Source: a virus
Taxonomy: Duplodnaviria; Caudoviricetes
Direction: 5' to 3' (one strand)
DNA length: 28,411 bases
IMG/VR virus record: IMGVR_UViG_3300037634_004211
Span: 1 to 28,411 of that record
The translations under genes and the position numbers were made by a program. This document shows positions 20,135-27,335 of the stretch, in pieces; position 1 is the first letter of the stretch; each line of letters starts with the position of its first letter. The notes below the pieces were generated by a model, which was given only the letters and a program-made list of their open reading frames with translations, had not been told where the DNA came from and ran no database searches.

Positions 20135-23100
20135 ATGTCAAAGAAGTGGTTAATTGTCAACAAGCCCTTGACGGGGGTATCCCTGGGAACCCGGTCCTCT
20201 AGGTGGGAGATCAAGTACGACGAGAAACGCGGCCACCCAATGGTCTCTCGCAAGCCGCTGCCTCCCACCGGCGCGCCTCCCTTCGACGATCGAGGTGATT
20301 ACTTTAGACGCTGCATGGCGCGTTACTATGGCTGGAGGGACCTTTCTTCTTGGTGGTCGCCCTCGGTTCCGTCCTTTGGGTTCCTCGAGCCGGAATCTTC
20401 TGAACCGCACAAACAAGCCCGGGCCTCTCGCAGCATCGCCATCAACCTCTCGAACTACGAGGATTGGGTCTGGAATTCGATAGTCATAAACGATCCCTTA
20501 TACTCATCCATAATCTCTAACCTCGATTCGGCCCTGGCCGCATCCACAATGTCCAGTTTGTTTGGATCACCGGACGACGAGCTCTGCTTGCCCAACTACG
20601 GGTTCGGGGTTGAAACAACGTTCGTGACCATCGAGGCCGACTTGGAACAATGGCTCCTTGCGTCTGACCAGCACGGCATTAGTGGCTGGGCCCGCGATCT
20701 TACATCTCCACTCCCAAATGGTGAACTAGGCTGGTATAACTGGCAAGCATATGTTTTAGGTGACCAAGCCATTGACTTCGACGTGCCAGTGCGCCAGTTC
20801 CCTGGTATTTTTGGCGCAGGAATGGTGAACACCAATTTATATGACCACGCATTCGAACGGTCTGTACCGGATCGGCTTATTGCCCGCTCGAACTTTAATT
20901 ATTATAATTCATTTTTTGATACCCTCAAGGACAATCCAAATGTTTTAGAAACACATATGCCTAATTTTTATGTCGTAAGTTCCGTTCTATATGGCCCGTT
21001 GGGTTATTTCTATGCACCAGAGGGAGGGGCGCCCGAGAATCTTTATTATGATCCTGACGCCCTCGACCCGGCGTCGCTACACTTAAGTACCGACTCTATT
21101 AATAACATAAAAGATATTTTATCGTCAACAATGTCGGACACAACAGACTCCAATATTGTTGATATTGTATCCCCTTCTGGTGATATTACGGTTGGGCAAG
21201 TACCAGCGTCCCGTCAGATACCAAATTCCTTGCTTAGTAGGTTCACCAGATACGATTTTTCTTCGACTGACAATACGGCTGACCTCACCGCCGTTAGACA
21301 GATCAACCGACATGTTGGCATCCCACGAAAGATGCTTTTGGGAGGCCAGCAATCTATAGTTAAAGCGATGGATGCGCATCGCCAACTATTTCCATATTCT
21401 GTTCTGGTGGATCTTGAAGATTCACTAGCAAGTGCCAGTGAATTAATTACCGTTATCGACGACGACAACGCCCTCTCTCCCGATGGTCAGACCCTTTCTA
21501 ATTTCTTTTTGTATGAAATTATGAAAGCCAATATTCTTAATTTTACTAGCGCTGACGACTATCCCTTCACCGACGAGCGCGTATACGAGGAACTAGAAGT
21601 GGCAGCTAGGCTAACAAGCTTAAACCCCCCAGACCCGGCCGTCGAGGAATTACCCGACTATTATGGGTTCAATTCGCCGGCCCTGAGCCGTCCCACCTTG
21701 GCTACCAATACAGAAGCATCGGAGCCCTACTCTTTGAGAGTCATAGACCTGAAAAACCTTTTTAGAAATATATTTAAGTATTCGCTGGATGAGTCCAAAC
21801 CAACTGGCCTGTATGCTGAAGTAGATTCAGCTGGTACTCCTTACCCTGAGAGTTATAGTGGGTTTATAGGACAATCAGAAAGCGAAAATGTCGTCGCCGC
21901 CTCTGGGCTTATAATTGGCGAAAGATTCAATACAAACGCAGTACCCCCAACCGATACATCCGGAATGGAAATGACCTCTCTCATAGATGAGAGCATTGCT
22001 TTAAATGAAATGGGTGATTATAGTGATTTTTTGGATCTGTTTATACGAATATCTGATTTCCTGAACACTAAGGTACGAAACTTTAGTGACATGATACGCG
22101 GCGCCCTGTGCTACCGCGACACACTGGCTTACAAATTAGATAAACACTCTGTTGACGCAGCGGGCCAGATCTCCGAAGATGCCCTCCAAAGCATTTATTT
22201 TGCCAATACGGGCGACGCACATAATTATGTGGACACACAAGTGTTTTCTGGTAAAAAATACATATATAAACTTTACGCTTATGATTTGGTGGTGGGCAAC
22301 GAATATAAGTATACAAGTCCCCACGTAGTTCCTCCCATCGAATTACCCTATCCTAACCCATTGGCTAGCTATTTGGGGAGTACTCAGAATATAGGATCCA
22401 ACTTAACATGGCTTACCCCTCCATTCTCCGTCTACGAAGTCCTCGGCACTCCGGCTCTCTATTGGCCACAAAACGATATTGGTCAGGGTGCCAGCTCAGG
22501 CCATACTATATATGTGGACCTTAATATTGATGGCCATCGCATATCATCGCCAGTTTCATTCCCCGGAGTTCCCGCCGGGTACCTGGGCTCTCCCGCGAAC
22601 GTCATTCTCAAGTATGCTGCCCAATTTCGCCAAAACCTTGAAAATAAAATAAACGAGATGGTAGATGACTATATATGGGAGAATTATGCGGCCACCGATA
22701 GTGATTACATGCGCAGGAGATATTTTAGCAAATTTAGGGTGGCCTGGGTCGGCCCAAAGCGCCTATTTATCGCCCAGGTGAAGGATATAGTAGCTGATGG
22801 TTATGGCTCCGCTGGTCAGCTTGCTATTGTTGAACAGATCGCCCCCCTCACCGGCCAGCTCAGCGCAGCGTCAACCATTCAATGGCCAAATCCATCTGGA
22901 CTCTCGCATGCTCAGGAGCCGAACGAATACCAAACTTATTTTAATTTAGATCCAGTATATACCAGCTATGCTAATTTGTCCGCGTGCGGCCGCATTGACG
23001 TACAAATAGAGCTTCGAACAGGACAGCATGGTCTTCTGCCAGTTATACCGTGGGACGACACGGCTGCTGGCCAAGCATCTGTGACTACGAAGAACTATAA

Positions 23101-23917
23101 ATCGGCAAAGATTATAGAAATCCCAATTACTGAGACAAATGTTATACAGGTTACGGACTTACCCCCCCAATATCCAGACGCAAAAATATTCCCCCTTAAG
23201 GGGTCTGCTCAGCGCATTAAGATTTTACTCAGCAGTAATTTTACTAAAGCAACTTATGTTCCAATAGCAATAGAGCCTACCGATGCTCAAATATTCGAAA
23301 ATGTTAGAATTGCACAGGGAGAGCCTGCGAACAGTCCGATCCTCTTTGGCTCAGATGATTTACGAACAAATTATCAAATTTTTAGAACTACTGAAAAACC
23401 AAGCACATATCAAGATTTTGCTGGCATGCTTCATGTAGAGAAGGACGGTCAGACTCCTGAAGGCAAACGTGTTGAATCTGTAAGTATTATAGATAATATT
23501 AGTCCAAATACTTATTATTATTATTGTTTTCGCACTGTCGATAAGAATGGTTATGTTTCAAACCCGACTCCCATATTGAGAGTTCAAATGGTGGATGATA
23601 ATGGTCGTATTTATCCTATTATAGAGCCATATAATTTTGATCTGAGTGATCCAAGAAAGACCGAAAAGTCTTTTAAGAGATATATAGAGATAGACGCCTC
23701 CTTGCAAGAGAAGGTGGTTGTGGGAACAAGCACCGAGTCGGCCGGCACCCCCAGTGTTGCACCAACCGGCGTATCTATGGGCACCGCGGAAGGTACTTTT
23801 GGGTCGACAACTGAATATAAAGTGAGGATAATTAGTAAAGATACGGGCAGGAAAATAGATTTAAATCTTAATTTCAATGTTGAAACGATACCCAATCCTA
23901 ATTTACCAGGAAATTAA
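20135..23917 (+). CDS. Large hypothetical virion protein with fibronectin type III-like segments
   Basis: 1260 aa. FN3-like strands NYVDTQVFSGKKYIYKLYAYD (~22220-22285) and YQIFR...IIDNISPNTYYYYCFRTVDKNGYVSNPT (~23370-23570). Confidence 0.6.
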   Translation: MSKKWLIVNKPLTGVSLGTRSSRWEIKYDEKRGHPMVSRKPLPPTGAPPFDDRGDYFRRCMARYYGWRDLSSWWSPSVPSFGFLEPESSEPHKQARASRSIAINLSNYEDWVWNSIVINDPLYSSIISNLDSALAASTMSSLFGSPDDELCLPNYGFGVETTFVTIEADLEQWLLASDQHGISGWARDLTSPLPNGELGWYNWQAYVLGDQAIDFDVPVRQFPGIFGAGMVNTNLYDHAFERSVPDRLIARSNFNYYNSFFDTLKDNPNVLETHMPNFYVVSSVLYGPLGYFYAPEGGAPENLYYDPDALDPASLHLSTDSINNIKDILSSTMSDTTDSNIVDIVSPSGDITVGQVPASRQIPNSLLSRFTRYDFSSTDNTADLTAVRQINRHVGIPRKMLLGGQQSIVKAMDAHRQLFPYSVLVDLEDSLASASELITVIDDDNALSPDGQTLSNFFLYEIMKANILNFTSADDYPFTDERVYEELEVAARLTSLNPPDPAVEELPDYYGFNSPALSRPTLATNTEASEPYSLRVIDLKNLFRNIFKYSLDESKPTGLYAEVDSAGTPYPESYSGFIGQSESENVVAASGLIIGERFNTNAVPPTDTSGMEMTSLIDESIALNEMGDYSDFLDLFIRISDFLNTKVRNFSDMIRGALCYRDTLAYKLDKHSVDAAGQISEDALQSIYFANTGDAHNYVDTQVFSGKKYIYKLYAYDLVVGNEYKYTSPHVVPPIELPYPNPLASYLGSTQNIGSNLTWLTPPFSVYEVLGTPALYWPQNDIGQGASSGHTIYVDLNIDGHRISSPVSFPGVPAGYLGSPANVILKYAAQFRQNLENKINEMVDDYIWENYAATDSDYMRRRYFSKFRVAWVGPKRLFIAQVKDIVADGYGSAGQLAIVEQIAPLTGQLSAASTIQWPNPSGLSHAQEPNEYQTYFNLDPVYTSYANLSACGRIDVQIELRTGQHGLLPVIPWDDTAAGQASVTTKNYKSAKIIEIPITETNVIQVTDLPPQYPDAKIFPLKGSAQRIKILLSSNFTKATYVPIAIEPTDAQIFENVRIAQGEPANSPILFGSDDLRTNYQIFRTTEKPSTYQDFAGMLHVEKDGQTPEGKRVESVSIIDNISPNTYYYYCFRTVDKNGYVSNPTPILRVQMVDDNGRIYPIIEPYNFDLSDPRKTEKSFKRYIEIDASLQEKVVVGTSTESAGTPSVAPTGVSMGTAEGTFGSTTEYKVRIISKDTGRKIDLNLNFNVETIPNPNLPGN

Positions 23918-23928
23918 AAGATAGAGAA

Positions 23929-23938
23929 ACTATTTATA
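23929..23938 (+). promoter_or_regulatory. Putative phage late-promoter motif ACTATTTATA (second copy)
   Basis: Identical to 2043-2052. It lies 20 nt before ATG 23959, with an AAGGA SD-like element in between. Confidence 0.55.
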
Positions 23939-23958
23939 ATGAACAAGGATATAATATT

Positions 23959-24897
23959 ATGGCTTTTTTAGATAACTCGGGCGACATTATTTTGGACGCC
24001 GTGCTAACAGACACAGGACGATACCGTCTTGCGAAGGGCGACGGAACCTTTAATATAGTTAAGTTTGCCCTCGGCGACGATGAGATCGACTATGGGTTAT
24101 ACGATTTTAATGCATCCGGAGGCCAACCTTATTTCGCCCTCACAATTCTACAGACCCCAATTTTAGAGGCCTTTTCAAACAATACTTCTGGTATGAAGTA
24201 TCGACTCCTTACGCTGGGACGAGATAACATGCTTTATTTGCCAATTATTAAACTATATGATACTGGTAATAGTGAGCGCTTCGGCTCCGGCGCCTCAGCT
24301 AAATATATTGTAGCGGTGGATAAAACCACAGTTAACGAAATCATAGGTACTTCGCAAGTGCTGCCCAAGGGTGTGCTAAACGGCTTCATGCCAGGATTGG
24401 CAGATTGGCTTATGGTAATGGACCAGGGCCTTGACACATCAGCAGTTTCGCAAGATGTACCATTAGATTCTGATCTCACAGAGACACAATATCTGATAGA
24501 AATGGATAACAGGCTTGGTAATGTAGTGACCCCGGTTGGCCCCACAGTGAGCGACGCAACACTAAGTTTCGTCGACGACGATAACATCGCATCGTATATT
24601 CTGACTTTGAACACTGATAGTAGTTATGTCTCAGAGCTTCCTACTGTAATTGATTCAACCCAGGGTCTTACAAAGTTAGCTGGTCCAGTGGGCACGCGCC
24701 TTTCCATGCGTCTTGGCGCCTCGACCTCCTTGAGGACAAGTAATTATTTATTTACTGTTTTGGGGAACACCGGAACCGAAACTGTTGGTAATTTGAGCGG
24801 CGCAAACTATAAATATATTGATTCCACCTTATCGGTGACCGGACAGACTACAGGTTATAGACTTGACATCCCGGTAAGATATGTTAAGAAAATATAA
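23959..24897 (+). CDS. Probable tail/baseplate structural protein (N-terminus resembles the first half of the tail-collar fibre domain DUF3751)
   Basis: 312 aa. AVLTDTGRYRLAKG...IVKFALGDD resembles the ILT..GR..LA...IT..A.GDG start of P2 gpH-type fibre N-termini. AAGGA upstream. Confidence 0.6.
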   Translation: MAFLDNSGDIILDAVLTDTGRYRLAKGDGTFNIVKFALGDDEIDYGLYDFNASGGQPYFALTILQTPILEAFSNNTSGMKYRLLTLGRDNMLYLPIIKLYDTGNSERFGSGASAKYIVAVDKTTVNEIIGTSQVLPKGVLNGFMPGLADWLMVMDQGLDTSAVSQDVPLDSDLTETQYLIEMDNRLGNVVTPVGPTVSDATLSFVDDDNIASYILTLNTDSSYVSELPTVIDSTQGLTKLAGPVGTRLSMRLGASTSLRTSNYLFTVLGNTGTETVGNLSGANYKYIDSTLSVTGQTTGYRLDIPVRYVKKI

Positions 24898-24910
24898 GAA
24901 GGTATAAGAA

Positions 24911-25975
24911 ATGGCTAGTATATATAAAACTTTTACTTCTAATGATATTGCAACAGTAAGAGACATGTTGCACGAAGCAATTCCAATAACTGGAACAATT
25001 GCATCGGGCACCTATAGTGATAACAATATCAAGACGTACTCCCACGATATGTTTGAGTCGGTTTTTGATTATCCGTACCTTAGCTCGTCGGCTAATCATA
25101 TTTTTGATTTAACTGCTGGCTTTGCTACTACTTCCCACTGCTCTGCATCTGCAGTAGCCGCCTCCATCGATCCTGCTAAAAAAATTAATATTTATAATGA
25201 AATGGCACAAATTCTTGTTGGCTTTGATGCATCCGGCCAGGTAAGAAACTTCGACCGCGACGGCGATCTTGCTGGTGGAAACAAGGTTAAAGAAGCTTAT
25301 TTTATAAATTTTGCGCGCCTTTTAACCAAAGATGAGATCAAAAAACAATCGTTAACGATTCAAATGCTGACAGGAGGAGTTGTTTCCGCGCCGGCAGATA
25401 TATTAACAATTCAAGATCATGGTGCGCAGACAGCCTACAAAACCAATTCACCAGCTGGTGAGTATGCCATATTATACACGTCCTCAGCTACTGCGAATGC
25501 AGATTCGGGAGTTGGACTAATATATTATCAGGCAGGGATTGCCGTTTTGACAGCTAGCATATTTGATGGAGACGTTACAAACTATATTGGACCCAACGGC
25601 TCTAATAGTTCCGTTGTTGCTGATAATTATAGTACGGTTACTGGCTCATTAATCTCCGGCTCCATTTCTGGCTCCGCAGATGCTTTGAGGAATCGGCTTT
25701 ATAACATATCGTTTAACAATACAGTTGAAATTAATTCTACAATTTATTTTTGCCGAGCCAACAATACTGAGTTTAACTATTCCAGTAATCCAACATATTT
25801 AAGTCAAAGCAAAATTGTTGTTAAGGAGAACGCGGACGAACTACCTAGATCATATATAACTTCTGTGGGCCTCTACTCGGCCGATAACGAACTACTGGCA
25901 ACCGCTAAAGTTTCGGAACCGCTCGAGAAAAATCCTAGTGATGAATTTGTGTTGCGGGTCCGACTAGATTACTAG
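24911..25975 (+). CDS. Probable tail/baseplate structural protein; paralog of 25983..27323
   Basis: 354 aa, ending STIYFCRANNTEFNYSSNPTY...YITSVGLYSADNELLATAKVSEPLEKNPSDEFVLRVRLDY. Confidence 0.62.
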   Translation: MASIYKTFTSNDIATVRDMLHEAIPITGTIASGTYSDNNIKTYSHDMFESVFDYPYLSSSANHIFDLTAGFATTSHCSASAVAASIDPAKKINIYNEMAQILVGFDASGQVRNFDRDGDLAGGNKVKEAYFINFARLLTKDEIKKQSLTIQMLTGGVVSAPADILTIQDHGAQTAYKTNSPAGEYAILYTSSATANADSGVGLIYYQAGIAVLTASIFDGDVTNYIGPNGSNSSVVADNYSTVTGSLISGSISGSADALRNRLYNISFNNTVEINSTIYFCRANNTEFNYSSNPTYLSQSKIVVKENADELPRSYITSVGLYSADNELLATAKVSEPLEKNPSDEFVLRVRLDY

Positions 25976-25982
25976 AAATGAA

Positions 25983-27323
25983 ATGGCTTATATTTTTAGG
26001 TTCAATGATAATGACAAAGTCGTCAATCTAGTAAAGACTAATCCAAAAGTATCGTTTTATTTTTATAGCGGATCAGCCTACTTTAATAATCAGTACGCCC
26101 ACAGTGGTGCATTTTCGGCAAGCATATTAGGTGTTCCTTCCGGCTATATTTCACTCTATGAACAAAATATCGACACAAGTGGATCGATAAATTTTCAAAA
26201 CACCACAGTTCTCAATAACGGAGGGATATATCCGACCGATCCTTTTGGATATGCAATTGCCGCCGGAGTAGATCCGACAAGGTATTATACCGGACCAAAT
26301 CCGGCTCATGTGAATTTTAAAATTAAAGATGGGACTCGAGTTAATTTTAAAACTGTCTCTAAAGCAGAATTTAATCTCGAAGCCGGAGGCGCTCCGCTTT
26401 ATAATGAGGGGATCCTGAGTTCATCAATCCAGAAATATTATTATTCTGCTACTTCGCTTAAGACGTCCGGTTCCTATCTTAACACCACAACAAATGTGGA
26501 ATCAACGGGATCGATTACTTATTTAGCAGCCCTCAAAAGTACTCTGAACTATTATTCATCCATAAATCCAAATTATATGGTTTCTTCATCAACACGAGAT
26601 CTTACCTCTAGTGTGGTGGCAAATGGAGCGCTGGATGTTGGCCTCGTAACAATTCCGTCTATTTTTTATGGATCTATGGTTGAAAAGGGCAGTGTAAATT
26701 TAAGATTTTATATTACTGGTACTTTGATTGGGGAACTGCAAGATATAACCAGAAATGGCGACCTAGTACAGGTGGGTCCCCTTGGCTCTCCCGGCTCGGG
26801 CACGGTGGCGGGGACTATACTCTATAACGAGGGTTTCCTAATATTAACCGGGTCAACGGATTTGTCAAACGGAACTATCAATGAGGATTTCGGCACAAAT
26901 AATAATTTTCCAACTTGGGTCAACTTCGCCCAAACGATTTCAGCCTCAGCACCACAGGTACCTAGCTCAAGTTTCTTTTTGGGCTTCAGCGGCTCTCATA
27001 AGATTCCAGTAATGACTCTTTTTGCGCATGCCGCCAAGGGGGACTTAAACCACTCAAACAACAGAACATACGTGAAGAAAGAGACTCAAATTCTCCTAAC
27101 TTCTGGATCCACAGGGTATACCCAAAATCCTGAAGCGTTAATTAAAAATGTTGTAAGTTCCTCGTATCTCGATCCGACGGGGTCTTTTACTAAAACTACC
27201 TATATATCAAAAATTGGAATATACGACAAAAATAAAAATTTGATTGCTATAGCAAAGATGGCGGCTCCCGTTAAGAAAACACCTTCTCGCGATTTTACGT
27301 TTAAGATAAAGTTTGATATTTGA
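25983..27323 (+). CDS. Probable tail/baseplate structural protein; paralog of 24911..25975
   Basis: 446 aa, ending MTLFAHAAKGDLNHSNNRTY...YISKIGIYDKNKNLIAIAKMAAPVKKTPSRDFTFKIKFDI, colinear with the C-terminus of the preceding gene. Confidence 0.62.
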   Translation: MAYIFRFNDNDKVVNLVKTNPKVSFYFYSGSAYFNNQYAHSGAFSASILGVPSGYISLYEQNIDTSGSINFQNTTVLNNGGIYPTDPFGYAIAAGVDPTRYYTGPNPAHVNFKIKDGTRVNFKTVSKAEFNLEAGGAPLYNEGILSSSIQKYYYSATSLKTSGSYLNTTTNVESTGSITYLAALKSTLNYYSSINPNYMVSSSTRDLTSSVVANGALDVGLVTIPSIFYGSMVEKGSVNLRFYITGTLIGELQDITRNGDLVQVGPLGSPGSGTVAGTILYNEGFLILTGSTDLSNGTINEDFGTNNNFPTWVNFAQTISASAPQVPSSSFFLGFSGSHKIPVMTLFAHAAKGDLNHSNNRTYVKKETQILLTSGSTGYTQNPEALIKNVVSSSYLDPTGSFTKTTYISKIGIYDKNKNLIAIAKMAAPVKKTPSRDFTFKIKFDI

Positions 27324-27329
27324 TATTAT
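27301..27329 (+). promoter_or_regulatory. Putative sigma70-type extended -10 promoter for the resolvase gene
   Basis: TTAAGA (27301-27306), 17-nt spacer, TATTAT (27324-27329) preceded by TGa (27321-27323). The ATG lies 7 nt after the -10 element. Confidence 0.4.
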
Positions 27330-27335
27330 GGTCGC

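Noticed and set aside
5822-23917. Diversity-generating retroelement, intein or intron in the large structural genes
   Set aside because: No reverse transcriptase, no near-identical repeat pair differing at adenines, no intein C...HN/LAGLIDADG motifs noticed, and no frame interruptions. A self-dotplot would be needed to exclude repeats fully.
24863-24891. TTGACA at 24863-24868 as a -35 element
   Set aside because: No acceptable -10 hexamer at 16-18 nt spacing (best is TAAGAA, lacking the conserved final T).
45-25099. Numerous short minus-strand and alternate-frame ORFs (60-126 aa) in the ORF track
   Set aside because: All lie within or across long plus-strand genes, have no recognisable motifs, and are expected shadow ORFs.
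2074-27323. Extracellular contractile injection system, tailocin or T6SS interpretation
   Set aside because: The wedge genes are T4-like and directly linked to a phage-type resolvase and Cys4 primase. No eCIS ATPase or T6SS membrane genes are visible.
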